From Macrostomum lignano (taxonomy: Eukaryota): a stretch of 58,655 nt of DNA. Where the stretch lies: NCBI GenBank assembly GCA_002269645.1, contig NIVC01004132.1:1-58655 (forward strand), given 5' to 3'. Shown in pieces: positions 10,630 to 22,848 of the stretch. The notes under the pieces are model-generated. The model did no database searches, was not told where the DNA came from, and saw only the letters and a list, made by a program, of their open reading frames with translations. A program made the translations under genes and the position numbers. Position 1 is the first letter of the stretch; the number at the start of each line of letters is the position of its first letter.

Positions 10630-13600
10630 ATGTCCAATCCGATTACCATCAGAGAGGCCATCCATCGGCTTGGCAATGGTGGCCAAACAGGGCCTGCTAA
10701 GGCAAACCCTGTGCTGAAAGCAATGGGAGTGCGAACTCGAGACATGGAAAAGATCCCTGTCACTGCAAAGGAAGCGATTATTTGAAAGGTTCAGCACCAT
10801 TCAAAGAAGGCCCAATTGCTGGCAAAAAGCCGTCATCGAGACAGCACCTCGCAAGCAAATTATGATGCTTTCATGGAGCAAGCGTTTGTGCTGCCAGAGT
10901 GCTGTCTTCCAATGCTGACGGCCAACAGCAGCACACCAACAGCAAGGAGACAGTCAGTGGCTACTGAGCCCCTTGGCGTTGCTGTGAATTCGTCGTCAGC
11001 TGGTGCAGCTGCCTGCAGCACGCCGCAGCCTAGCCCAGCTGCCTGCAGTACGCCGCAGCCTAGCCCAGCTGCCTGCAGAACGTCGCAGCCTAGCCAAACA
11101 GTGAAGCGCAACCGCCAGCCCTCTGGCTCTGGGCTTAGTCGTAGTGCCACGTTCGCTGGCTTCTCAGCCGAAGAGCTGAGTGGCATCAGTGCTGCAAAGC
11201 AGGCGAAACTGAGCGAAGAGATCGACGACTTGAAGGACCAACTGGCAGGCGCCGCAAAACTAATCTTCAGTCTGCAAAAGAAACTGCAAAAGCGCCCAGA
11301 AACTCGCGTCTGGAGGCAGCGTGAGCGACGCCTGCGATCGAAGATCGCCGAACTGAAGAAACGGCTCAAGGTGTCGAGCGAGTGCCAAAGCGAAGCCGCC
11401 CGCCGCCGCAAAGTGCTTTGCATGCGTGTGAGACGGCGTCGTCCAGCTGTGAGCCATGCAGCTGAGACGGCGAAACGACTGCGTCACGAGGTGCGTGAGC
11501 TACACAATCAGCTCTGCGAAAGCTCTGCGCAACTCGAAGGCGCCGGTGACTTCAGCCTCACGACGATGGAGTCTAGGGAGAAGGGTGGCGTCCAGTTTAC
11601 CAACAAAGTAATCGCTACCTGCGTCAATCTGGTGCTCGACTGCCAGGTGCCCGTCCAGCAGACTTCGGAGACAATCGCTGTGGTCTTGCGTGATCTGCTG
11701 GACGTTGACGTTCAAGACCTAAGACTCCCGTCACCGGCCACAATCAGTAGCATATGTTACTGCGTCGGCAGCAGTTTGTCTAAGGCATCTGCAATGGAAA
11801 AGCTGCTGCAGCGGAGTGGTGAAGAGCAGCCCTTCACCATCATGACAGACGCTACGACGAAGAAGGGTCATCATTTCGCAGAGCTGCAGGTAAGGAAAAT
11901 ATGTATGTTTAGCAGCATACCTCTGATTCTGAGTGTTTTGTATGTCATTCATTATTTTTAATGTTTATTATTCACAGATTGCTACTGGTGACAGCCGGCC
12001 AGTCGCATTGGCCCTCACCGAGGTCGTTGGCGGCACGGCAGCCATTTATGCCGCAGAGCTCGAGTCCTCCGTCGGCGAGCTGGTGCGGCATTTCACTGAT
12101 GTGATGATGAGCAACTGCAACGAGGCTGAGCGGCAGCGAATGAAGTCCGAAATTCTGCTGCGGCTCAACTTCATGATGACCGATCGCCACGTCGTCAACA
12201 AGTCACTGCTGGTAAGCTGATGTCCCAGTGACTGTTTTTAAGCAATCGGTTAAGCAATGAATCTTTACCTTATCCCAGGTACTTCTCAATGAGATGCGCC
12301 AGGCAATGGCAATCCAGCAGAACGTGGCCGAGATAAATTTGTCCACGGAAATGGACGACCCCTTCCCAGAGCTCCACAATGCCGTGTTGAAGGACGCGAC
12401 GCAGGATGTTTGGGAGTCTCTGACCTCGGACGAGAACTCTGCGCTGGACAATGAGATTGTCTGCCAGGCGCTGCAGGTCAGTGAGCATTGTTATTGACAA
12501 ATTTTTGTCAAACTCATGCTGTGAAAGCATGAGTGATGCGTGGTGCTTTTTTGGGTTCCAATTTCAAGGCTCAATATGATTCTTATTCCAGATTCTTGCG
12601 GCCCACATGGTCGTTCTGCTGGAGCGCGAAGTCAAAGACCACCTTCCTGGCGGCTCACTTCGCCAGTTGCCAGAGGACACAGCCAGGCTGGCAACCAACG
12701 CGCCCAAGGACAACGTCGCAGGCGAGCGGCTTTTCGCAGTGCTGGATAGATCGATGGTCGACAAGGCCAACATGAGACCAGGCGCTCGGGAGTCACTCGT
12801 GCTGTACGGCCAGAACGCCACGTACAACTGGCTGACGTCAAAGGCAGCAGTTGAGAAGAACACCATCCTTAGCCGGGCACGAAAGCTGGCGCCGCTCCTT
12901 GAAAAGCGCTGGAAGCATAATGCCGAAGCTCTCCGCCAGCAGCAGCAGGAGCGGTTTGAAGCGAAGGAGATTGAGAAGCAACGCAAGGAGGAGGCCTCTG
13001 CTGCAACCTTGCGCCGCCTGATCCTCGATGTTGGTTTCTGCGGCGGCCTGTGGTCGACTGTTGAACAGATGCACAATGCGCTCGGTAGAATTGAGGTGAA
13101 CCTGCATGGAAAGGCTATAAAATCTCAATTGCGCCTTTTCAAAGCCACCAGTGAGTGATTTTGCTTTTACATAACTTAAATCAAAACCATCTCGCATTAC
13201 AACTAAGTAGAGATGTTCCGAAAGCGAATTTTCTGTCGAAATCGAAATCGAAATCGAAATCGAAATCGAAATTTTCCGAAATCGTAACTCAGAAAAACAA
13301 AGTTTAGTACAACCGACACTCACTTTTCTACTTTCGATTTACTGCTCATGCAAAACAAAATACATGTATGTTTAGCAGAAGTTAGTTTATTTTTGGTCAC
13401 TAATTAAGTAGAATCCCTCATTGCCACTTTTAAATGCAAAAATTTTTTTCGACGCGAAAACTACATACTGTAAATGTGTTAAGTAATTTATTTGAATTAG
13501 TGCCTTTAAAAGAAACACTAAGGCGCATATATTGCATTACTATAGACGGTATTAAAGCACGGCCGCAAAGTGCGCCTTTTCCCTGCTAGACAAAACAAAT

Positions 13601-14824
13601 TTCTCTGCCTTTATCCGTCTAGGCGGTAGGGTATAGGGTGTATACTGAGTTGTACATGTATAAAATGTACAGTTAAAATGTACATGTATCACTGCATGAC
13701 TAGCAATAACTGAGATCGTGTAAACGATAATGCATGTACATGTACGGTAAATGTACATATATATACTGTAAAATGCGAAAAATATGCAATATATCAGCAG
13801 ACGCTTTTGCAGCTTTAAAGTGCAACAAAATTTACGAAAATTTACAGTTCCACATGTACAAACTACCATGTTACATGTCCTACATGCATGGAACAGTTTT
13901 AACAAATTCAAATAGTTTTACATGTAAAAATTGTATAATATCACCAATAAAAGACAGTAACGAAGTTCTAAAAAAACTAAAATTAGATAAAAATTTCGGA
14001 AGTAGGCAAAATTTGCTTTAAAAAAATCCGAATTTCGGAAAATCGAAATCGAAATCGAAATTTCGGAACATCTCTACAACTAAGCTTCACATCCTTGCTC
14101 ACATCCCTCATTAACAGAGCTTCGCCTGCCCAAAGAGAAGGCCAAGCTGCTCAACCTGACCAGCGGCGGGGTTCAACGCAGCACTGCTCAACTTCGATTG
14201 AATCTGGAAGAAGCTCTTCTAATCCTGGAGCAACAGCAGTCGACCGCCGCACAGCCTACACCACCTCAAGCCGGCTTCCTTGACGCTGATGAGCGAAAGA
14301 GCCGAGTGCAAGCAGCTGTTGAAAGACGACTAGCTCGAGATCGTCCGAACCGGCCTGCCCGTCCTGATCGTCCTGCAACGAGTGCACGAGACCGTGGTGC
14401 CAGCGCAACTGGCAATCAGCAAGGTTCGGGGCGTGGGCGCAGAAGCAGCAGGGGACAAGGCGCAGTGAGAGTTCCCGAATCCTCGAGCAGCCGGCAGCAC
14501 CAACCTGGAGACGCCGAAGACACCGAAGACGCCAACGACGCAGACGATGCCAGCACAGCTCCACGGACACTTGAAAACTGTCCCGACCTCATCAATCGCT
14601 GGATTGAAATGCGGTTCGAGTATTTAGATGGCGACTTCTGGGAGACTGGCTTCGTTCTTCGACGTAAACCAGTAGCTGGACGAGGCAGGGTCGACGTCCT
14701 CCATCAGACGTTTGTCGTGACGTTCAAGGACTTTCCTGCTGAAGTTGAATATGACCTTTATCGCGACTGGATGAATGGCGACCTTAATGTCCTTGAAGAT
14801 GACGATTTGAGTGATCCAGAGTGA
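10630..14824 (+). pseudogene. Spliced hAT-like transposase (~985 codons; exons 10630-11889, 11978-12211, 12279-12476, 12592-13150, 14118-14824) with premature TGA at 10783-10785
   Basis: DDE-like motifs MTDATTK, MMTDRHVVNK and APKDNVAGERLFAVLD (hAT ERxF-like), HLPGG; coiled-coil N-terminal region; C-terminal Spin/Tudor-like segment; splice phases join in frame. Confidence 0.8.
13208..14076. mobile_element. 869-bp non-autonomous hAT element nested in intron 4 of the transposase
   Basis: Perfect TIR TAGAGATGTTCCGAAA / TTTCGGAACATCTCTA; 8-bp TSD CAACTAAG at 13200-13207 and 14077-14084; subterminal (AATCGA)n. Confidence 0.95.
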
Positions 14825-16475
14825 CCTGGAACTCTACGCTATAAAATAGCGGTCACTGCTGCCAGTCTACACGTAGCATACAGCATGTGCATGTACATGT
14901 ACATGTACATGTACATGTACGTGTACATGTAGCATAAACATGACTCTTGCCAAAAGTAGAATAACCTGTTTAGCTATGCTGCTGCATTTCTTAGAAGAAG
15001 TAAGTGAGTCATTGCGATTATGCAAATAAAAAGCAAGAAAGCTTATTCTTTGGTGTTAGAAATCCAGCTGCCTTCCAATGGAAGCCTCCCCAACTGCAAT
15101 GTAATGTGCTGTACAGGCTTTGCGCATGGGTTTATTAAAAAACGGTTTTGCCTATCGTGTTCAGCATAGCAGAATTAGTTAAATGACACAGAGAACTAGT
15201 TTGCCGGAAGGCAGAGTCTTACAAAAAACACGAAATACACGTTTCAATGGGTATTTTACATGTAAACGTATCAAAAAAAGAAACCTCCACAAAATTTTTG
15301 CGCCTATAGCTATTGGCAAGCGGTTTTTTTTACTGTGCTTGTATTGTCAATAGGTAATGAAAAATATAAAGAGAAACAATGCAGGAAAAGGATTTCATGG
15401 AAAATTTTGGATTTGAAATTTTGCATAGAGCCATATGGGCATTAAAAGAAAAAAAAATTTTTTTAACACCAGAAAAATGTTTCTAAATTATCCCTTTACA
15501 CTATAAAACCTTTGTTTCCATTATAAGAAACACATTGCAGCTAAGAAAAAGCATTTTCTGAACCACTGTTTTTTATTCATTTTGGCTTCAATTTTATATT
15601 CCTCCTAAAAAATGGTCAACTTTAAAAATAGACAGTGCAAAAAGTATAACAAAGCTAGACTTGCAGTTGGTGTCATTTGAAAGAGCTCCTTTTTACCTTT
15701 TAAATGCATATTTTACTTTCATCCTGGCTTCTATAGTTTCTTTAAAATCGCCCTTGAAAAATTGGACTTTTTTCTTACTTTTTAGCCATTGGCACGCACT
15801 TCTTATAACTCACTGAAGTCCCTAGTATAGACTACATTGTTATAGGCCTAGGCCTATTCAAAGAGACCAACCATTACAACATTTATCAATATCAACAAAG
15901 AGATTATTGGGCAGCTACCATCTCACTCTGCATTCCTACTTTTATTTCCTAGTACTAGTAGACAAACAGTTTTAGAAATAGAAAAGTTTTTATCTGCTAA
16001 GCAGATAAACTTTTAGTAAACAAAACAACTGGCACCTATAAAATAATTCTAAAACCCTCAAATCATAACAAAAACCAGAATTCTAAGCCTAATTAGGCCT
16101 ATTCAAACTAAAATATACCTAGACTAGATGACTGGATCTCATTTCAATTGTCACTATCAAACTTAGCAACCTAGGCCCTTTATAACTTTACTAATACATT
16201 TTTAGACACACCTTCCAACACTTTTTATGACACTTAAAATGTTGCAAAAAGTGTTTGAAAAAGTGTTATACAATTGACTTTTGCCAACATATCTTCCAAT
16301 ATTTAAAATGTTGCTTAGAGCTAGGTCATGTACATATAATAACTAGTAATCTTATTAGGGTTACAAGGTCAGTATAGAATTAGAGATTAAGTATAGTTGG
16401 ATGATTATGGACATTCATTCAAACATACAAACCTGTGCGTATGCCTAAGATTTAGTATATTTGGATATAGAACAC

Positions 16476-19039
16476 GCCTCGACGTCGCTATGAAGTCGCC
16501 ATTGGTCGCCATCGTCGCGGGCAAATATTGGTTGCAATGTTTTAGTCGGGGCGACGTCATCTTGCGACGTAGGCTTTTTTCAAAAATTATTTGATATGCT
16601 ATAGAAGATCTTATATACTTACTTAAATCGGAATAACTTTTTTATGAATTTTTAAACTAGTTGAGCTGAACTATCCTTTATTTCTACACGAAGGTTATTT
16701 GCTCGTTTGTTATACGATGGATAGTAAAATTTTCTTGATCGAAGTAGCAAAATACGAACTGTTTCTTTTGACAATAAGTTAAATTTACTGATTAATAGTG
16801 ACAGAAGTAGCTAAATAATTAATTCTGCATTTGATCTCTGTACCTTGTGTGGTATAATATTGTATGAGTATGACCTTATATTTATAAGATGATAGAGGCC
16901 TGTGGTCAACTGTCTTTAACGATTATTCAAATTTATCATTTTCTTTGTGCTGTCTACATCTTAACAAGCAAACCTAATTTTGCCTCAGCCTACCTACCTA
17001 TAAATATTGTGTTGTGTTTTTGGCCAAACCAAAAGGCTTGTCAAATCAAGTTCATAAAGTGGAGCCTGTTCCTTAGTAACCTATGATGCTATGTACACAA
17101 ATGATGTCATTCTGCTTACAATGACATTAGAAAGCTGGGTTGGAAAAAAGCAGTAAAAATTGGACTTTAAATAGGGGAAAACAAGCAAGGGGATAATAGA
17201 GACTTTATTTTATAAGCTTAAGTTGGCCTTTTATATTGTTAGGCCTTAATTTAATAATGTAGACTATTGAATTGACTAGACCTAGGCTATCTAATAAGAT
17301 TATAAGATATGATTTACAAAATTATTTATATTTATAATGACATACGTAATACATATTTATTATTAATGTTAAAAGTTAGGCCCTAACTTTGTTTAATCTA
17401 ATCTTTGGCCAAAATTCATATTTTGAAAATTAGTCTAGTGTACTATTAATTAGGAATTTAAGAGGTTAGTTTATAGAATTTTTTTGCATTTTTTAAGCCT
17501 ATACTTTTATAATGACTATGTATTGGGATTGCCATTAGGATTAGCATGCCATTGATTAGGCCCTATTTTGTCTATCTATTTTAAATTGCTTTATAATTTA
17601 TGCTTTGAAAACTTAACCAATTTCTATGTCTAACTTGGCTCTTAGGTAAGCCTATTATTTTTTGCCTTTTATCCCTCAATTTATTGATAGAAAATAAAAA
17701 ATTCTAATAAAATCTAATAAAATTATTAAATATCTAATCTTATTTTAATCTTTAATAATTATCTAATTATCTAATAAATTAATAATTAAATTAATGTAAC
17801 TAACTAAAAAGGCCTATAAATCTTTATACTAAATAATAGCTACCTATAGATTATTTAATATTGATTTTTATAAGCTTTTATTCTATGTATTTCCTTGAAA
17901 AAAATATTCATTTTTTGTTTCTTATATACAAATAATATATTTTTATCAAATTTTGCATTGATGATGGCATACTTTGCCCAAGAAGTTAAATGATGTCATG
18001 CTCCCATCATGTGCACCAGATAAGGCAATTGCAGCTAATTACAGCAGAATACCAAAGAGATTATGTCAACACAAAGCCTGATGAACATTCATGAGCATTA
18101 AGCAGGTCCATCAGGACATCAGCAAGACAATAACTGGACAAGTGCAGGAACTTCCATTTCTATATTTCCTGATGCATCTGAGTCATGATGTGGAGGACCA
18201 TGGCGAAGTTGGCTGCTTTCAGTGTCCCACCATTTCCTTTTAAGAATAGTGAGTATGCTTAATGCTTAAAGTCAGATATTTCAAGTTAGAAAAATGAAAC
18301 TTAATTTCTTTCCTGTTGTAAAATGATAATGTTTAGCATTGTAGTCCAATTGTCACTAATGTAATGTACTGATAAATTTCATTGCAGCATAATTGCTTTG
18401 TCCACAAGCTGTGCATGCAGTGCAGTTCCGTCGCCGGCTCCAGGACCTAGTTCTCTGCAGTCTGAATCGAGGGGGACTTGATGTGAAGGAAATGGTTCGA
18501 TTTAAGTAATAATTATGCTGCCAACATGTAAGGTTTAACTGGAAAATCTGGAGCAATTTCGTTTGACACTGTTTTTTATTGTCCCTTTGACCCTTCTCAG
18601 TGAGTAAAATATCTGCACTTCAAAATGCATTTGTAAATTCAAAATCATTTGTCTTTGAGTGTAACTGTGTAAAAATTACTTTTCTGATAATAATAACTAA
18701 ATTAACCAACAAAAAAACCTTTTTAAATTGAATTATATTGAATAATTTATAAATTCAATCAAGATATTTAACCAGAGCAAGGTAGCTTATTAATCTTCGT
18801 TTAATTTCATCTATAATCTTAGTAAAAATTAATTGAATTATGATTTCGAGATTCGCACTATATTGAAGGTGCTAAGCAATCTGTAATATATGGTCGCCGT
18901 TTGGTCGCCAGTACGTGAAATTCTGACGTCGCCTGGGGTCGTAATGGCGACGTCGCCGCGCGCGACAAAATGGCTGGTTTGGCGACGTTATTTTGCGACG
19001 TGTTAGCGACGTCGAGGCAACGGCATTGCTTTGATTGGG
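16476..19039. mobile_element. Decayed DNA transposon with GTCGC/GCGAC subterminal repeats (animal EnSpm/CACTA-like)
   Basis: Inverted 15-mer GCCTCGACGTCGCTA (16476) / TAGCGACGTCGAGGC (19004); GGG terminus at 19037-19039; left terminus and TSD not found; no intact ORF. Confidence 0.4.
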
Positions 19040-19735
19040 CTATAATTTAATAAAATTTTTGGGCGCCTAATGGACGCCATTTCGCTAATCCCTGAACGGC
19101 CGACGCGTCGCCATGGGCATTGCGAGGCTGTTCTCTAAGCTGCGCTTGCACCATTGGTGCAATGGGCGGAGGATTGCGGCTCAGGAGAGAAAGCGCGGGC
19201 GAGCATTTTGCAATGAGCAATCGAGGAAGTTCAAGAGGATGAGTGTGATTGCATGAAATTTGCTATTTCTGTTGCGTCAGGCATTTCCCTAAATTGCGTG
19301 CAGCGCTAAAACTTAAACCTTTTGTTATATGTTTGTTATTGTTACTTTTGTTTTTTAGCTTACATATACATGGCAATGAGGTTATAACAGTTCTTACTAC
19401 TTCTCATGACTTTGCGCACGCACCGTTTGAACAAATTAATTACAATGATAGCGCAGCATTCATCTGCAGCGTCAAAACGATGATTCAGAGAGCTTTCAAA
19501 GGCTGTCTTGAGCTCAACTTTTACATTCAACTTTGCGTTTAAAAAATCGCAGCTACTTATCAGCTTCACAAAGTTATAGTAGTGCAAGCGCATTTATTTT
19601 CGCTTTCAATAGAGAACTGTGCCGATTCGCCATTCTGTGTATATTCTGTGATTTAGGTATTTTGTTTTATTCTGTGTTTTAATTTACTGATTGATCAGTT
19701 TATATAACGATAAATATATTGGAGTGCTCTATATA

Positions 19736-21084
19736 CGAGGGGCATCCCAAAAGTCCGTTCAGTCACTGAATAAAAACGCAACAGTGCAACAGGAAAGTTT
19801 AAAAACTTCATAGGCCTTCAAAATAACTTCCATTGGCCGCAATCACACGCTGCCAGCGCTCTGGTAGTTTCTTGACTCCGTCAGTAGCGCCAGAATCACA
19901 CAGGTGTTGAAGCACCTGGACGATGATGCTGAAGAGTTCGTCCAGGCAGTAGTAGCGGTGGCCTCGTAGCTGATTTTTTAGCTTTGGAAAGAGATCGAAG
20001 TCACAAGGACTCAGGTCGGGAGAATAGGCGGGATGAGGTAGGACTTCCCAGCCGTAGTTTGCCAGCAGCTCCTTGACAATCCAACCAGTGTGGGGGCTTG
20101 CGTTGTCATGCAGCAATAGGGGTCCATTCGAAAGTGTCAGTGCTCGCTTCTTCTGGAGCGCTGGTCGAAGATGGTAAATAATAAAGCGTCTGTAATACCG
20201 ATTTACAGTCTGTCCCTCAGGCACTCTGTGTACAAGAACCATACCAAAGTAATCATAGCAGACGATGAGCATCATCTTCTTGGACCCCTTGCTGCGCCTC
20301 AGGACTTCTGGCCGGGAAGACTGTGCGGCAGAACGGTCGCGCTGCTGCCATTCAGAATTCTGCGACTTTAGATTCGGTTCATATGAGCAGGCCCACGTCT
20401 CATCTAAAGTCACAATTCTCTGAAGAAATTTCTCTCCCTCCTTCCGAAAGCGCTGCAGCAGCTGCTGGGCAACAGTTCTCCGACGATCCTTCTGTGCATC
20501 ATCCAGGTGGTGAGGCACCCATCGAGCTGTGACCTTCTGCAAGCCCAGATCTTCTGTTAAAATTCGGTGCACACTAGTAGATGGAATTCCAGTCAGTTCC
20601 TCCAGTTCTTCACAAGTCCACCGACGATCGATTTCGAGGATGCCCTTCACCAGCTCAACGTTGGCATCTGATCGAGACTCCCTTGGCCGTCCTGATTGCT
20701 GGCCATCCTCGATGTCGAATTGCCCATCTCTGAAGCGCGTATACCAATTGTACACAGATCTCTCAGTAAAGGCACGGTCTTTGAATGCTTCAACAAGTTG
20801 CCGGTGAACTTGCGCAGCTTTTGTTCCTCGCAAAAATTCGGCTTTGATGTACAAGCGTTGCTCGATATTGTTAACGTCCTCCATCAGTTAATCAGATCGG
20901 CCAAGTTTAAAATCACTAGACTGGTTAATTTATTATAACACTTCGAATACTCGATATATAAGCTCAAAATTTTATAAAGTTAAAGAGGGGTTGCTCTAGT
21001 AAATAACTGTGAGTGGTTGAGCTCTTTACTCGTCGTTTATGGTAAAAACGGCACGTACTGAACGGACTTTTGGGATGCCCCTCG
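19736..21084 (-). mobile_element. Full-length mariner transposon, 1349 bp
   Basis: Perfect 28-bp TIR CGAGGGGCATCCCAAAAGTCCGTTCAGT; TA TSD on both sides; single ORF. Confidence 0.97.
19808..20884 (-). CDS. Mariner transposase, DD34D, 358 aa, uninterrupted
   Basis: HTH N-terminus, WVPHHL, TLDETW, HDNASPH, YSPDLSPCD; 34 residues between the second and third Asp (counted). Confidence 0.96.
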   Translation of the reverse strand: MEDVNNIEQRLYIKAEFLRGTKAAQVHRQLVEAFKDRAFTERSVYNWYTRFRDGQFDIEDGQQSGRPRESRSDANVELVKGILEIDRRWTCEELEELTGIPSTSVHRILTEDLGLQKVTARWVPHHLDDAQKDRRRTVAQQLLQRFRKEGEKFLQRIVTLDETWACSYEPNLKSQNSEWQQRDRSAAQSSRPEVLRRSKGSKKMMLIVCYDYFGMVLVHRVPEGQTVNRYYRRFIIYHLRPALQKKRALTLSNGPLLLHDNASPHTGWIVKELLANYGWEVLPHPAYSPDLSPCDFDLFPKLKNQLRGHRYYCLDELFSIIVQVLQHLCDSGATDGVKKLPERWQRVIAANGSYFEGL

Positions 21085-21139
21085 TAGCTCACCTACTTTC
21101 TTCTCAACTGCAACTGCAATATACTCAAGTTAATTTGAT

Positions 21140-21495
21140 CATGGCTTCATCTGAGGTTTCTATGGCGCTTCACCTGGGGTTTTCATGGCGCTTCACTTGA
21201 GGTTTCCATGATGGCGCTTCACCTGCATGAGGTTTTCATGGCGCTTCACCTGCATGAGGTTTTCATGGCGCTTCACCTACATGAGGTTTTCATGGCGCTT
21301 CACCTGCATGAGGTTTCCATGGCGCTTCACCTGCATGAGGTTTCCATGGCGCTTCACCTGCATGAGGTTTCCATGGCGCTTCACCTGCATGAGGTTTTCA
21401 TGGCGCTTCACCTGCATGAGGTTTCCAGGGCTTTACCTGAGGTTTATATGGGATTATACCTAAGGTTTATATGGGATTATACCTGAGGTTTATAT
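21140..21495. repeat. 27-bp minisatellite (CATGAGGTTTCCATGGCGCTTCACCTG) with 21-23-bp degenerate flanking units
   Basis: Tandem units read directly; related to arrays at 28.6-30.0 kb. Confidence 0.9.
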
Positions 21496-21673
21496 GGGGC
21501 CAAACGAATTGTGTTTCCGTGGCGCGATATATACAAGAACCCGAGAGTCCTTAGGTTTTAGATATACCTGAGATTTGATTCGCTGCTAGCTATACTAAGT
21601 GATATATCCAATCATTTGATCATTCATGATATTCTGCGCTATCTTTGGTGACAGCTTAGACAAGAATAGATAG

Positions 21674-22200
21674 TCATTCAAATGTGAGCCAATAATTTGC
21701 TGATTCTGTGTGACACACCAGCATGCATGAGCTCTGCCACTTCCAGCAATTTGAATTGGCGTTCCATCTCTCAGTGACAGCTCTGGTAACTGCTCTGCTT
21801 GGGGTGACTAAGCTGTCATCCCGCTTGCACTTCAGTCGCAGGAACTTCCAGGAAGCGTGTCCGTTGGAACTCCGTTGGATCAACGTACCCTTTTCCACTG
21901 GGTTTCTCTTCAGTTCCTGCTGGCACACCTCACACTTGCACTCGGTTTTAAAGAAGCGGAACAGCAACCAACCGCCGACATATGCGCACTTCTCGTGATC
22001 TAAATCATCCGATGTAGCAAAGAGCTCATCACCTGCTTCCGTGAGATCTGAGTCACAAGTGTTGCCCTGCATGTGGACTGGATCTGGAGCAATTCTTGGC
22101 TCACTGCAGCCTTGGATGCTCTCTGGCTGCTGAAAACCGGTGAAATCTTGCCCGGCGTAGTTGGGGCATCCGTATGCAGCTAGCGCACTGAAGCCTCGAA
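21674..22200 (-). pseudogene. C-terminal fragment of a P-element/THAP9-like transposase
   Basis: AYVGGWLL..CKCEVC..EL..LVTPS..V resembles the YIAGY..CxxC..L..PS signature of P-type transposase C-termini; no catalytic core nearby. Confidence 0.55.
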
Positions 22201-22848
22201 GCAGACGCAGTCATGCGAAAACAGTATCACAATAAGCTGCGTATTCAAACTCTAGCAGATATGCCTTCGGTATTATCACTTTTGAAGCCAAACCTAGCTT
22301 CAGCAGCACCAGCTTGGGCCATAGAGAATGCAATACAGCAGACAGGCTAGCGCGATCAATAATGCATTTGACCTACATTTGAATACATTTGGCATGCTTT
22401 CACGCCACGCGAGCTTGTGCTAGAACGCCCAAGGCATGCTGTCTATAGCACTAACTTAAAGCGCAGCAGAAGGCAGGGCCAGCCTTAAGGTAGTTTCTAA
22501 AAATCACAGTTCAGAAGGGGGGTGGGTTGGTTCTATCAAGCCTTCCTATATTCTGTGGGACAAACCCGCAATAAATGGCAGAGAATTGGTAAAGTGCCAT
22601 TCAGCCTCCTTAGTTTTTCTTCACAACAAGAGTAGCCAAGTATAGAATATCATTCTTGTGCAAGAAATTTTCTCAAAATGCGGGATTCGCCATTCTGTGT
22701 ATATTCTCTGGTCTAAATTATACGGAACTTTTATTTGATATAATCTACTGACAGTAGAAATATTAGGAAAACACGCTAAAATAACTTATAAAAATATGTC
22801 AATACATGTACTGTTTAACTAATTTAATATTTTAGATACTACACAACA

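Larger units (their letters stand above)
9844..15824 (+). mobile_element. ~6-kb hAT-like DNA transposon with 7-bp TSD (hATw-like by TSD length)
   Basis: TIR TAGG(C/G)ACTTCAGTGAG at both ends; TSD GTATAGA at 9837-9843 and 15825-15831; encloses a spliced transposase gene. Confidence 0.85.

Noticed and set aside
10860-13076. Antisense ORFs over the transposase and over TOP2 exons
   Set aside because: Expected shadows of GC-rich coding sequence; no motifs.
17950-18556. Possible DUF4806-like accessory gene remnant inside the CACTA-like element
   Set aside because: Only a weak LKGNGGT resemblance, broken by stops; needs an HMM search.
19624-22707. Identical 24-mer GATTCGCCATTCTGTGTATATTCT at 19624 and 22684 as possible LTR pair
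   Set aside because: Similarity does not extend either side; likely the end of a small repeat family.
22300-22848. 3' LTR of the Gypsy
   Set aside because: TG start follows the PPT, but no matching copy is seen beyond 25230, so LTR limits cannot be set.
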